The notes: generated from the letters alone by a model not told the origin. A stretch of DNA of 64,000 nt from Mycobacteriales bacterium (GCA_038260095.1 JBBSOC010000005.1:812-64811); one strand, 5' to 3'; positions 30,680 to 40,696 are shown, counted from the first letter of the stretch. Numbers and translations: made by a program.

Positions 30680-31501
30680 ATGTCGGGTGATGTGGAGAAT
30701 GAGCGTAGCGCTGGAGTGAGTGAAGAGATCCCGCTTACTGGCGGAAACGTTAGTACCGTGGTCCGTGTCGGCGCCACCGTTCGTCGTAATACCGGCCCGT
30801 GGACGCCCGCGGTTCATGCGTTGTTGAAACATTTGGAGGCGGCTGGTTTTACCGGTGCGCCTCGCACATATGGGTTTGATGACCAAAGCAGGGAAGTGCT
30901 GGAGTTCGTTGAGGGCGAATGTGGTAAATATCCGTTAGCGTCTCATTGGACTACCGATGAAGTGCTGGTCACAGTCGCGGCCATGCTGCGCATGTTTCAT
31001 GATGCCCAGATTGGTTTTGTTGCCCCGTCGGACATGCAATGGCGATCGTTGGGGCCCCGACCACCTGATACCGAAGTAATTTGTCATCACGATGCGGCGC
31101 CACATAACGTGGTGTGGCGACCTGACGGCACACTCTGCATGATCGACTTCGACTTAGCCAGCCCCGGCGCTCGTATTTACGATGTGGCCTATTCGGCGTG
31201 GACCTGGACACCGCTGTTCTCCGACCACGACTCGCAGACCTTAGGCTGGCGTTACCCCGATCGAGCTCGACGGCTACGGCTTTTCGCAGACGCGTACGGT
31301 CTGCTTCCGCACGACAGAAAACGTCTCGTGCAGGTGATTCGTAGCCGGATCGTGGACCACATTGAGGGAATTCGCCGGATGGCCGCGGCCGGCGAACCCG
31401 CATTCGTACGCATCGTACGAAACGGACATCTCAAGCGGCCCATGCGCGATCTGCGGCTCATTGACCACGAGCGTGGCGTACTCGAACGTGCACTGGCCTG
31501 A
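30680..31501 (+). CDS. phosphotransferase (APH/choline-kinase-like) family protein
   Basis: Catalytic loop HHDAAPHNVVW followed by MIDFDLA (Brenner and DFD-type motifs of APH-fold kinases). Confidence 0.75.
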   Translation: MSGDVENERSAGVSEEIPLTGGNVSTVVRVGATVRRNTGPWTPAVHALLKHLEAAGFTGAPRTYGFDDQSREVLEFVEGECGKYPLASHWTTDEVLVTVAAMLRMFHDAQIGFVAPSDMQWRSLGPRPPDTEVICHHDAAPHNVVWRPDGTLCMIDFDLASPGARIYDVAYSAWTWTPLFSDHDSQTLGWRYPDRARRLRLFADAYGLLPHDRKRLVQVIRSRIVDHIEGIRRMAAAGEPAFVRIVRNGHLKRPMRDLRLIDHERGVLERALA

Positions 31502-31536
31502 CGCCCATGCCACAGGGCACTACAGCGTGACCTTAA

Positions 31537-33270
31537 CTACAGCGTGGCCATGTTTGTGGTAAGTCGCAGCGCGGCGGAGAGCCCGTCTCGGGTGGCCACG
31601 ACAACGAGTCGGTCCCCAGCGCTTAGCGTGGTGTCCGGCGCGGGGATCCAGTTCGTTACTGCGTCGCGTAGGTGTGCCAAGACGCGCACCTCTCCCTCTC
31701 GGTCTAGGGTTTCAATCGGTTTTTGGTGCAGATCGGTGCCGGAGTTGACCAGCAGCTCGGCGATGAGCAGCACGCGCGGTCCGTGCGGAATCACCGCGAG
31801 TACAGCGCGATCCAGCATTGCCGCCACAAAAACCGGCGCAGCAGCGAAGGACACACTGCGCGAGATCGCCAAGCCTAGCCGTCGCTCAACGCGTTTGGCC
31901 AGATCTCCGTCAAATAGACGCAGCACCACCGGCATGCCTGGCCGAATAGCGCGCACCGCTAAGCCAGTTTCCAAATTGGTGATGTCATCGCTGGTCACCG
32001 CTAGCACGCAACGGGCGTGCTCAACTCGCGCCGCCCGCAGGACTTCTTCGGCGGTGGAGTCGCCGTGAATGACCGGTAGTCCCACGCGGCGGGCACGCAG
32101 TAGCCGCGAGTTGTCTTCGGCTTTCTCGATGGCCACAACGCGCAGCCCAGCCTCTAGGAGTTGTTCGGCTACGCGCATGCCCACTCGGCCCAGCCCGCAG
32201 GTAATCACATGGCCGGTGGGTTTGCCCATCGGCACACTGATCCGTTGACCGCCACGCTCACTGATGAAATCGTCCACGACACTGGCGATCAGGATCGCTA
32301 TAAAGAACAGTCCCAGCAGCATCACGCCAGTGCCAAAAAACTTCATACCGTGGGGTACATCCGCGCTGAGCAGACTGTCATACCCGGTTGCGGTGACCAC
32401 TCCGACTGCCCTAAGTAGAGCGTCAATCCAGTCGATGCCCCAGATGAGCCTGAAGGCCAGCACAGTTGCTCCGACGAGGAACATTAGACCCGCGGCAAGT
32501 AGTCGCAGCCGAGTGCTGGTGAGCGTGGTGAAGTAGGCCAGCAGTGTGCGCCACTTAGGGGGCCGGTAGGCGGCTACCCAGTTCTCCGGTCGAATCGCCG
32601 TGAGTAGCGTTTCCAGCGGCGGAATTTTTGCCAGTTCGGCCGCACCCATCGCGGGCTCACCGAGCACAAAATCCACCTCCGGTTTCGCCCCACTGGAAGG
32701 CGGCAGGTCTGCAGGCGGTAGCAGCGCGATGTTGCCATAGACATCGGTCTGCGCCAGCGGGATCAGCACCGATGTTACTGATTCGACCGGTCCGGCTTGC
32801 AGGACGCGTCCGGCTACGCGAACAAGGTGTGATCCGTCGCCCAGCACCGCGTCCACAAAGGATGGTGCCGCGATGTCAGCGGGTGAAAGCAGAGTGCACT
32901 CGTCGAAAAGACTCTCGATGCGTTCGGCTAGGCGCCGCCGATACATGCGCATCACTAGCCGTAGCTGCGGATTCAGATCTTGTGCTGTGAGTGCGGTGTG
33001 CACGTTTCCGACATCGTCGGAGTCGGCCAGCGCGAGTGACTGGGCGTGCTGCACACCTGCCTCTTGTAGCGTTTCTATGTCGCGTTTGGAGCCGTAGACG
33101 ATTCGGACACCAGTGCGCGCGATGCGACGCGCGAATGGGTTCTCCGGATTGCCCACGATCACTGTCACAGCGTCGTCGAGCCGCTGTAGCTCCCGAACCA
33201 GGCGCAGTGCCAGGCTGCCAGAACCACAGACGACGAACGTAGGACGTGGTTCGGGCAAGTCAGGCTGCAT
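31537..33270 (-). CDS. ion-channel protein with RCK(TrkA-N)-pore-RCK architecture
   Basis: Two Rossmann GxGxxG segments (VCGSGSLALRL near the N-terminus, ITCGLGRVGMRV after the membrane part). A central 2-TM pore module carries the filter-like VVTATGYDS. Confidence 0.75.
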   Translation of the reverse strand: MQPDLPEPRPTFVVCGSGSLALRLVRELQRLDDAVTVIVGNPENPFARRIARTGVRIVYGSKRDIETLQEAGVQHAQSLALADSDDVGNVHTALTAQDLNPQLRLVMRMYRRRLAERIESLFDECTLLSPADIAAPSFVDAVLGDGSHLVRVAGRVLQAGPVESVTSVLIPLAQTDVYGNIALLPPADLPPSSGAKPEVDFVLGEPAMGAAELAKIPPLETLLTAIRPENWVAAYRPPKWRTLLAYFTTLTSTRLRLLAAGLMFLVGATVLAFRLIWGIDWIDALLRAVGVVTATGYDSLLSADVPHGMKFFGTGVMLLGLFFIAILIASVVDDFISERGGQRISVPMGKPTGHVITCGLGRVGMRVAEQLLEAGLRVVAIEKAEDNSRLLRARRVGLPVIHGDSTAEEVLRAARVEHARCVLAVTSDDITNLETGLAVRAIRPGMPVVLRLFDGDLAKRVERRLGLAISRSVSFAAAPVFVAAMLDRAVLAVIPHGPRVLLIAELLVNSGTDLHQKPIETLDREGEVRVLAHLRDAVTNWIPAPDTTLSAGDRLVVVATRDGLSAALRLTTNMATL

Positions 33271-33319
33271 GGAGCTATGTTAGGGGAGGTTAGGGAACTT
33301 GTGTCTACGATTTGAGTTA

Positions 33320-33421
33320 GAGCGCCCGGCAATAGGTCCCTGCCGGTGTTCTCGTCGCCTTGCCTACCTTCGTAGGCGGCGGCTCCTGCGGCCTTGGCAG
33401 ATGCCCTATTGACGGGCGCTC
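33320..33421 (+). repeat. intergenic hairpin repeat, copy C
   Basis: Arms GAGCGCCCGGCAATAGGTCCCTGCC (33320-33344) and GGCAGATGCCCTATTGACGGGCGCTC (33396-33421) are largely complementary. Contains the 16-nt block (33348-33363), inner hairpin GCCTAC/GTAGGC and the 21-nt core (33377-33397). Confidence 0.8.
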
Positions 33422-33454
33422 TTATGGACAGTTTTTACATCCAGGGAAGGTTCG

Positions 33455-36400
33455 ATGTTTGCTTCGCTTCGCCGTTGGAACCGAGGAGGGGCATTTCTTG
33501 GGAGCTTGGTAATCCTGTTTTCGCTGATCCTCCAGATCTCTATTATCCCGGCTTCAGCGGACTCGGCCGTGCCGGTCACCTCGCGAGTGACCGACTTCAA
33601 CACTGGGTGGAAGTTCGCGTTAGCGAACAAGACTGGGATCACCGATCCCACCGGTGCCTACGCTGACGCGGCCAAGCCGCAGTACCACGACTCTGCGTGG
33701 CGTTCGCTGAATTTGCCCCACGATTGGAGCATCGAACTTGATCCAACGGGTGCCGCTGGAACCAGCCATGACACGGGTTTCCTGCAGGGCGGCCTTGGTT
33801 GGTACCGCAAGCACTTCACCCTTCCTCGGTCACTGACGGGCAAGCGAATCTCGGTGGAGTTTGATGGGATCTACATGGATTCTTCCGTCTACCTCAACGG
33901 TAAACTTCTCGCCAACCACCCTTATGGTTACACCGGCTTCCCGGTTGATCTGACCTCGCTGGTGCACACCGACGGAAAAACGTCCAACGTGCTCGCCGTG
34001 CAGGTGCGCAACCAGTTACCGAGCAGCCGCTGGTATTCCGGCAGCGGCATCTATCGCAATGTGCATCTCGTGGTGACTGAGCCCGTTCACGTTGGCAGAC
34101 ATGGCGTTTTTGTCACCACGCCGAACCTTGCACAGACCTACTCCGCAGGTTACGGGAGCGTGCACGTGGTGACGTCCGCGGTTGATGAAAGCGTCGTTGG
34201 TGCCCTCGCGACGGTGGTATCCACAGTCCGCGACCTGGCCGGTCACGAGGTGGCCAGCGGCCGCACAGCCATCGACGTGGGTGCACAGCCGAAGACGGCA
34301 ACCACCGACATTCGAGTGCCGCATCCGAAGTTGTGGTCGGCCGCGAACCCGTACCTGTATACGTTGCGGAGCGACGTCATCCTCCACGGGCGGATCGTCG
34401 ATTCGACCAGCGCACGTTTCGGCATGCGATGGACAAAGTTCGACCCGCGGGAGGGCTTCTTCCTCAACGGCGAGTACACCAAGATCCACGGCGTGGACCT
34501 TCACCACGATCAGGGAGCGCTTGGTTCAGCGGTCAACAAGGACGCACTGTACCGCCAGATGCGCCTGATGAAGAGTATGGGAGTCAACGCGCTGCGGACC
34601 TCGCACAACCCCCCGGCGCCTGAGCTGATCCAGGTGTGCGAAGAGCTGGGCATTGTGGTGATGGTCGAAGCGTTCGACACTTGGCGGAAACCGAAGGTTA
34701 CCTACGATTATGGGCGGTTCTTCGACGCCAACAGCGACGCCGACATCACCGAGATGGTCAACGCCGCGAAAAACTCGCCGTCGGTGATCCTGTGGTCTAT
34801 CGGCAACGAAATTCCCGATTCCACCTCGGCGCCGGTCGCCTTGCCGATTGTCAAGCGGCTTATCTCCGATGTGAAGGCGGTCGACCCGACCCGGCCGGTG
34901 GTTATCGGCTCGGACAAATACGACAACGTCCCGTCGGACGGCTCAGGGCCCGATGTTGGGCTGCGAGAACTGGACGGTCTTGGGCTCAACTACAACACCG
35001 CTGGGTCCACCGACGGCCTGCACGCCAAGTACCCGGACAAGTTCCTGTTCGAATCGGAGTCGTCATCTGAAACCTCGGCGCGCGGGGTGTACCAGGACCC
35101 GGATCAGCTCAACACTGGGGAGAACTACACCCCTGGCAAGCGAGCCACGTCTTCCTACGACAACAACCTCAAGCAGTGGACCGCAAGCGGCGAATATGGC
35201 CTCAAGAAGGACCGCGACCGAAAGTGGTTTGCGGGTCAGTTCTTGTGGGCGGGAATGGATTACCTCGGCGAGCCCACGCCTTACAGCGCTTTTCCGGTGA
35301 AGACCTCCTTCTTCGGCGCCATGGACACCGCCGGTTTCCCGAAGGATATGTACTACCTGTTCAAAAGCCAGTGGACGACCGACCCGATGGTGCATCTGTT
35401 GCCGATGAACTGGACCGATCACAAGCCGGGTGAGCAGGTTAGCGTCTGGGCTTATTCCAATGTGGATACGGTCGAGCTGTTCCTCAACGGAAAATCGCTC
35501 GGTACGCGTACGTTCGATCACAAGACCACCACAGATGGGCGCTCGTACCTTGAGACGAGGGAACCATCAGGGGATGACAAGAACGTCACTGCCGGGAGGT
35601 TTCCCGGAAGCTACACAGGCCCCAATGGCAGCAGCGGGAAGCTGCATCTTGCCTGGACGGTACCGTTTGCCCCGGGCGAGCTGGTCGCCGTGGCCACGAA
35701 GGGCGGCAAGGAAGTGGCCCGCGACCGGATCGACACCGCGGGCACCCCGGCCACCGTGCGGCTCACTCCGGACAAGAAGGTCATCACTGCCGACGGCCGA
35801 GCACTGTCCTACATCACCGCCGACATCGTCGATAACCACGGCGTGGTCGTCCCAGGAGCGGACAACCTCATCGACTTCGAGGTCACCGGCGGCAAGCTCG
35901 CCGGGACCGATAACGGCCGCCCGGAGGATGCGGGAAACTACAAAGCCTCGTCACGACATGCCTTCAACGGCAAAGCACTCGCCATCATCGGCTCAACAGC
36001 CTCTGGCCCCGTCAGCATCCGGGCCCGCGGCGCCGGTCTGGAACCTGGGACCGCCACGGTGTGGTCGGTGAAGCAGAACCGACACGGCACGGTGGGTGTC
36101 GACCCTGTCCGGTTGCGCGTGCCGGTGGGTGACCGTTTCTCCCTGCCTGGGCAGGTCCAGATCGTCAGCGCCGACGGGAAGACCCAGCCCGCCAACGTGC
36201 TTTGGCTCCAGGCGCCCAAATGGGCCTCTGACAAACCTGGAGTTACCACGATCAGGGGCGTCGTCCTTGGAGCCGACGCTACCGCAGAGGCGACTGTGAC
36301 CGCCTACCAACCCACCGGGTCGGATACATGGTCCACGGTCGTTCCGGTCGGTACGGCTCCCACGTTGCCGCGGAACGTCCGAGTGGTCTACAGCGACGGC

Positions 36401-37033
36401 GTGGACCGTTTCCTTCCGGCCACATGGGAGGCGTTCCCCAAGTCCAGTTACAGCCAGGCGGGAACGGTGAACATCGGCGGAGCGATCGCGGGAACCGTGT
36501 TGCGTGCCACTGCCCAGATCCGGGTGACGGCCGATTTCAAGCCTGGCCAGAACCTCGCCGCGGCGACGAGTCCGGCACGACCGTCCGCTGACGCGAGCTA
36601 CTCCGGTGCCCCCACCACACTTCCGTCGGCGTTGCTGGACGGCGTCACCAATACCGGAGGATGGTCCAACTTCTACTCCAAAGCCGCAACCAAGTTGCTG
36701 CCCGCGGTCAGCAAGGCACACGGGCAGGAGTGGGTATCCGTGGGATGGACCACTCAACAGACGATTAGTCAGCTGAAGGCGTATTTCACCACGGGCCCGG
36801 CCCGTGTATTGCCGTCCTCGGCGCAAGTGTCCTATTGGGATGGAAGTGCCTGGGTACCGGTCAACGGTCTGCACATCACATGGGCCACGGCTTCGAACAC
36901 CGCGTCTATCGTGACCTTCGACCCAGTGAGCACCTCCGCTCTCCGGCTCGAGATGACCATTTCGGCACCCGGGAGTTCGACGGGTTTTCTGCAGATGACT
37001 GAACTCGAAGCAATCGGTGACTTGCTGCATTGA
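33455..37033 (+). CDS. secreted glycoside hydrolase family 2 (beta-galactosidase-like) with large C-terminal accessory domains
   Basis: Signal peptide ending IPASA. GH2 sugar-binding and TIM-barrel segments (NHPYGYTGF, RTSHNPP, WSIGNEI with the acid/base Glu). About 500 aa of Ig-like/carbohydrate-binding-like C-terminal region. Confidence 0.9.
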   Translation: MFASLRRWNRGGAFLGSLVILFSLILQISIIPASADSAVPVTSRVTDFNTGWKFALANKTGITDPTGAYADAAKPQYHDSAWRSLNLPHDWSIELDPTGAAGTSHDTGFLQGGLGWYRKHFTLPRSLTGKRISVEFDGIYMDSSVYLNGKLLANHPYGYTGFPVDLTSLVHTDGKTSNVLAVQVRNQLPSSRWYSGSGIYRNVHLVVTEPVHVGRHGVFVTTPNLAQTYSAGYGSVHVVTSAVDESVVGALATVVSTVRDLAGHEVASGRTAIDVGAQPKTATTDIRVPHPKLWSAANPYLYTLRSDVILHGRIVDSTSARFGMRWTKFDPREGFFLNGEYTKIHGVDLHHDQGALGSAVNKDALYRQMRLMKSMGVNALRTSHNPPAPELIQVCEELGIVVMVEAFDTWRKPKVTYDYGRFFDANSDADITEMVNAAKNSPSVILWSIGNEIPDSTSAPVALPIVKRLISDVKAVDPTRPVVIGSDKYDNVPSDGSGPDVGLRELDGLGLNYNTAGSTDGLHAKYPDKFLFESESSSETSARGVYQDPDQLNTGENYTPGKRATSSYDNNLKQWTASGEYGLKKDRDRKWFAGQFLWAGMDYLGEPTPYSAFPVKTSFFGAMDTAGFPKDMYYLFKSQWTTDPMVHLLPMNWTDHKPGEQVSVWAYSNVDTVELFLNGKSLGTRTFDHKTTTDGRSYLETREPSGDDKNVTAGRFPGSYTGPNGSSGKLHLAWTVPFAPGELVAVATKGGKEVARDRIDTAGTPATVRLTPDKKVITADGRALSYITADIVDNHGVVVPGADNLIDFEVTGGKLAGTDNGRPEDAGNYKASSRHAFNGKALAIIGSTASGPVSIRARGAGLEPGTATVWSVKQNRHGTVGVDPVRLRVPVGDRFSLPGQVQIVSADGKTQPANVLWLQAPKWASDKPGVTTIRGVVLGADATAEATVTAYQPTGSDTWSTVVPVGTAPTLPRNVRVVYSDGVDRFLPATWEAFPKSSYSQAGTVNIGGAIAGTVLRATAQIRVTADFKPGQNLAAATSPARPSADASYSGAPTTLPSALLDGVTNTGGWSNFYSKAATKLLPAVSKAHGQEWVSVGWTTQQTISQLKAYFTTGPARVLPSSAQVSYWDGSAWVPVNGLHITWATASNTASIVTFDPVSTSALRLEMTISAPGSSTGFLQMTELEAIGDLLH

Positions 37034-37183
37034 TGCACTTCGGACTACCCAGTCGGCGCGGCTGAACACGCTTTTGCCCTAATATTCGCCTCAGCTCCAT
37101 AGTTTGTGCCAGCAATGCCGAGGTGCGTGCCGGTCTCATCGACACAAGCGTTTTGGTCTGAATAATTTAGCTATACTAATGTC

Positions 37184-37480
37184 ATGGCTCAACCTATGTA
37201 TGCCGACGACGATGGCGATCTCGAACTGAGCGCTCCATGGGAGCGCGCTATTGATACTGCGCGTCACGGCAAAATCGCATGGCTATCTGAGCACCACAGG
37301 AGAAAGTTTGCGCTATTACCTGCCGGCCTAGCAGAATCGGCGCTGGAGGCTCTCGAAGATGCTGAAGATCGGGCTGCCATTGCACAAGCCCGAGCTCGCC
37401 GGGCGGCTGGCGAGCTCGCTATTCCATTGGAGCGGATCGAGGCTGAGATCACTGCTGATGAGCAGGCAGCCAAGGCGTGA
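37184..37480 (+). CDS. type II antitoxin partner of RelE/ParE toxin
   Basis: 98 aa, overlaps the downstream toxin by 4 nt. Paralogous to the antitoxin at 1707-2009. Confidence 0.7.
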   Translation: MAQPMYADDDGDLELSAPWERAIDTARHGKIAWLSEHHRRKFALLPAGLAESALEALEDAEDRAAIAQARARRAAGELAIPLERIEAEITADEQAAKA

Positions 37481-37758
37481 GCAATGGGTCCTATCGAGTG
37501 GGTTTTGACTCAATAGCTAGAAAGCAATTCCGCAGGCTTGATACAACAATACGCCGCAAAATCATCGAGGCACTGCGTCGCCTTGCTATCGATCCTCGCA
37601 TGGCTAACCCCAATGTGACCCCAATGGAAGGCGCGGACCTGACGTACCGCCTTCGCGTTGGTGGGTACCGTGTTGTCTACGAAATCTACGATGATGAGCT
37701 TTTGATTCTGGTGGTTGGAACCGGCAGCCGCGGTCAGATTTACAAAAAACGTCGTTGA
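37477..37758 (+). CDS. type II toxin, RelE/ParE family
   Basis: 93 aa. YRLRVGGYRVVYEIYDDELLILVVGTGSRGQIY is the typical RelE/ParE core. Confidence 0.85.
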   Translation: MSNGSYRVGFDSIARKQFRRLDTTIRRKIIEALRRLAIDPRMANPNVTPMEGADLTYRLRVGGYRVVYEIYDDELLILVVGTGSRGQIYKKRR

Positions 37759-37976
37759 TGTCGCTAGCGCGTCTTCTACCGTGCGGTTATTAATAACGAG
37801 GTGATGCACGATAAAAATTTTTGCACAAGTTCTCTTAACTTGGCAAAAACACGCTGCCACTGACCTGGTCGCTTCATCGACGATGATGGCAGTAGCTTGC
37901 CATCGTGCACCATGTCGTAACACCCCCACAGCACCCACAGCATAGGCGGTGAGACCGGACCCCTAAAATTAGTTTT

Positions 37977-39530
37977 GTGTTTGACACGCTGTCTTCTCGT
38001 CTGTCCAAGGCCCTGGATTCTTTGCGATCTAAAGGCCGCCTCAGCGATGCCGATATCGAGGCTGCCGCGCGCGAGATCCGCATCGCGCTGCTGGATGCCG
38101 ATGTCGCGTTACCGGTGGTTAAGGCGTTCATATTCGAGGTGAAGCAGCGCGCCCAGGGAGCGCAAGTCAACAAAGCTCTTAACCCGGCACAGCAGGTCAT
38201 CAAGATCGTGCACGAAGAGCTCATCAAGATTTTGGGTGGCCAGACTCGCCGGCTGCAGTTCGCCAAGCAGCCGCCGACGGTGATCATGCTTGCCGGCCTG
38301 CAAGGGGCCGGTAAGACCACGCTGGCTGGAAAGCTGGGCCGCTGGCTTCGCACGCAAGGGCACGCCCCGCTGCTGGTGGCCGCGGATTTGCAGCGCCCCA
38401 ACGCGGTGCAGCAGTTACAGGTGGTGGGTGAGCAAGCCGGGGTTGAGGTCTTCGCGCCCGAACCCGGTAACGGTGTGGGGAATCCCGTTGTGGTGGCGCG
38501 TGCCGCGGTGGATTTTGCCCGCGACAAACTGTATGACGTCGTCATTGTCGACACCGCCGGCCGGCTGGGTATCGATGCCGAGCTGATGGCGCAGGCCGCA
38601 TCGATCCGAGATGCCGTGCAGCCTGATGAAACACTGTTCGTGGTAGATGCGATGATCGGCCAGGACGCGGTGGCCACGGCGAACGCGTTCGCTCAGGGCG
38701 TGGGCTTTACCGGCGTTGTGCTCTCCAAGCTCGATGGCGACGCGCGCGGTGGTGCCGCGCTGTCGGTACGCCATGTCACAGGTCAGCCGATCATGTTCGC
38801 CTCCACCGGCGAGCAGCTCACCGACTTCGATGTGTTTCATCCGGATAGGATGGCCTCGCGCATCCTTGACATGGGCGATGTACTCACGCTGATCGAGCAG
38901 GCCCAGCAGGTTTTTGACGCCGATCAGCAGCAGCGTATGACGCAGAAAATGCTCGGTGCGGGCGATTTCACGTTGGAGGATTTCTTAGAGCAGATGCTGG
39001 CAATCCGGAAGATGGGCCCGATCGGCAACCTGTTGAAAATGATGCCGGGCATGGGCGGAATGAAGGATCAACTTGCCCAGCTCGATGATGCCCACATCGA
39101 TCGGACTACAGCCACCATCCGCGGCATGACCCCGGCGGAGCGCGAAGATCCTAAGATCATCAACGGCTCGCGGCGCCAGCGCATTGCGGGTGGTTCTGGA
39201 GTAAGTGTCACCGAGGTGAACCAGCTGGTAGACCGATTCTTCGAGGCCCGCAAGATGATGAAAGGCATGGGCGGCCAGTTCGGCGTACCCGGAGCGGCAC
39301 GGCGAAGCAAGAAGGCATCGGGTAAGGCTGGCGGCAAGACGGGAGGCAAAAAAGGTAAAGGTGGCGGGGGCAAGGGACGGCCGGGCGCAGCACCGAATCG
39401 GCCGGGCCCAGCAGCTTCGGCGTTTGGGGACTTGTCCGGCCTCGGGTTGGGCGAGGGCGGCGGCATGCCGGAGGGTTTCCCCGTCCCGAATATCGACTTC
39501 TCCCAGCTCCGCGGCGGTGAGCGCGAGTAA
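37977..39530 (+). CDS. ffh: signal recognition particle protein Ffh
   Basis: MFDTLSSRL start, GLQGAGKTT, DTAGRL, SKLDGDARGG, a Met-rich M domain and a basic Gly/Lys tail. Confidence 0.97.
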   Translation: MFDTLSSRLSKALDSLRSKGRLSDADIEAAAREIRIALLDADVALPVVKAFIFEVKQRAQGAQVNKALNPAQQVIKIVHEELIKILGGQTRRLQFAKQPPTVIMLAGLQGAGKTTLAGKLGRWLRTQGHAPLLVAADLQRPNAVQQLQVVGEQAGVEVFAPEPGNGVGNPVVVARAAVDFARDKLYDVVIVDTAGRLGIDAELMAQAASIRDAVQPDETLFVVDAMIGQDAVATANAFAQGVGFTGVVLSKLDGDARGGAALSVRHVTGQPIMFASTGEQLTDFDVFHPDRMASRILDMGDVLTLIEQAQQVFDADQQQRMTQKMLGAGDFTLEDFLEQMLAIRKMGPIGNLLKMMPGMGGMKDQLAQLDDAHIDRTTATIRGMTPAEREDPKIINGSRRQRIAGGSGVSVTEVNQLVDRFFEARKMMKGMGGQFGVPGAARRSKKASGKAGGKTGGKKGKGGGGKGRPGAAPNRPGPAASAFGDLSGLGLGEGGGMPEGFPVPNIDFSQLRGGERE

Positions 39531-39727
39531 GCTCAGCGTTTGGTTCTGGTCAGCAATGGAGGGTCGGAGGCACCCGTAGCACGCGGAGGAGCTCGATTCC
39601 ACTGTGTCTCCTAGCCGGAAAGCACCACGCTGGTGGAAAATAGCAATAATGTCCCCTTTAGATAACCTTGCTGCTGTATAGTAAAAATATAGCGATTTGT
39701 AGCCATATTTATGATTAACTAGCGCGT

Positions 39728-40696
39728 GTGAGTTATCGGCTGGGGCTTGTGGCTTTCCTCGTAACAGGATTAATGGCGCTGTCTATAACGCCGATTTCTG
39801 CCTCAGACAGCCAAGATGCCATTCCGGGGCAGCAAGCTATCGATTCGGCTGCTCACCCGTTCGCAATGGCGCCATCTAGCTCCGCCTATTGGACAGCTGC
39901 CCGCATGGAAGCGGCAACGCCAGTGCCCGCGCCTTCGGCTCAGCCCGGCCTTGGCCCGAGTACATCACGACCCGCATCTGGGGCTAAAGCCTCCCGGTGG
40001 ACAGCTGATGGTGCGATAACGAAAACTATCGGGCGCGTCTTTTTCCGCTTCGGTAGCGATAACGTTACCTGCAGTGCGTCGGTAGTCACCGCAGCGATTG
40101 CTGACCTGGTGGTGACGGCCGCGCATTGTGTGGCCCCCGATGGGCGCACACCTGGGCGCAACTGGGTCTTCGTTCCCGGTTACCGGGATGGCGCCACGCC
40201 GTACGGTAAGTGGGCAGCTCGCGAGCTGACTGCGGCCCCGGGCTGGGTGCGAAGCCGGGGCAAAGATTTCAACGAAGATGTGGGATTCGCGCGGCTTCGC
40301 ACGCAGGGTGGTAGACATATTGCCGACGTTGTAGGCAGCAACGGGATCGCTTTTAATAACGTGGTAGGTAGCTCGGTCAGCGCATTCGGCTATCCAGCGG
40401 CCTCGCCATTTAATGGGAGTTCGCTGTACTTTTGCTCAGGTCAGACTAGATCCGATACTACGGAACCCACCAGCACAGATCTGGGGCTGGGTTGCACGAT
40501 GAACGATGGTGCCTCAGGTGGGCCGTGGATGGTGGATATATCTCCAGAACTCGGCGGAGTAATCGTGTCGGTAAACAGCTTAGGGTACGACGAGCTGCCC
40601 AATGTGCTGTTTGGCCCTCGCTTTGGCGCCAGCATCGCAGCCCTATACGCATCCGTACAGATACCCGCACCAGCGGATTTCAATCCGGCCGCATAG
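39728..40696 (+). CDS. secreted trypsin-like (S1) serine peptidase
   Basis: Signal peptide, His motif VVTAAHCV and Ser motif NDGASGGPW. Confidence 0.8.
   Translation: MSYRLGLVAFLVTGLMALSITPISASDSQDAIPGQQAIDSAAHPFAMAPSSSAYWTAARMEAATPVPAPSAQPGLGPSTSRPASGAKASRWTADGAITKTIGRVFFRFGSDNVTCSASVVTAAIADLVVTAAHCVAPDGRTPGRNWVFVPGYRDGATPYGKWAARELTAAPGWVRSRGKDFNEDVGFARLRTQGGRHIADVVGSNGIAFNNVVGSSVSAFGYPAASPFNGSSLYFCSGQTRSDTTEPTSTDLGLGCTMNDGASGGPWMVDISPELGGVIVSVNSLGYDELPNVLFGPRFGASIAALYASVQIPAPADFNPAA

Noticed and set aside
33394-33666. 90-aa and 81-aa track ORFs spanning hairpin repeat copy C and the GH2 start.
   Set aside because: They overlap the repeat element and the GH2 signal-peptide region. The GH2 ATG at 33455 has a GGGAAGG RBS and a canonical signal peptide, which explains the region better.
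37874-38677. 267-aa ORF antisense to ffh. Similar long antisense or out-of-frame ORFs occur at 13057-13737, 22512-23273, 35993-37069, 41022-41726, 48737-49546, 60987-61553, 7193-7783 and 23568-24095.
   Set aside because: Each lies wholly inside a gene with strong family motifs on the other strand or frame. Their translations are Arg/Pro/Ser/Ala-rich low-complexity sequence, typical of stop-poor alternative frames in high-GC DNA. None has a recognisable domain.
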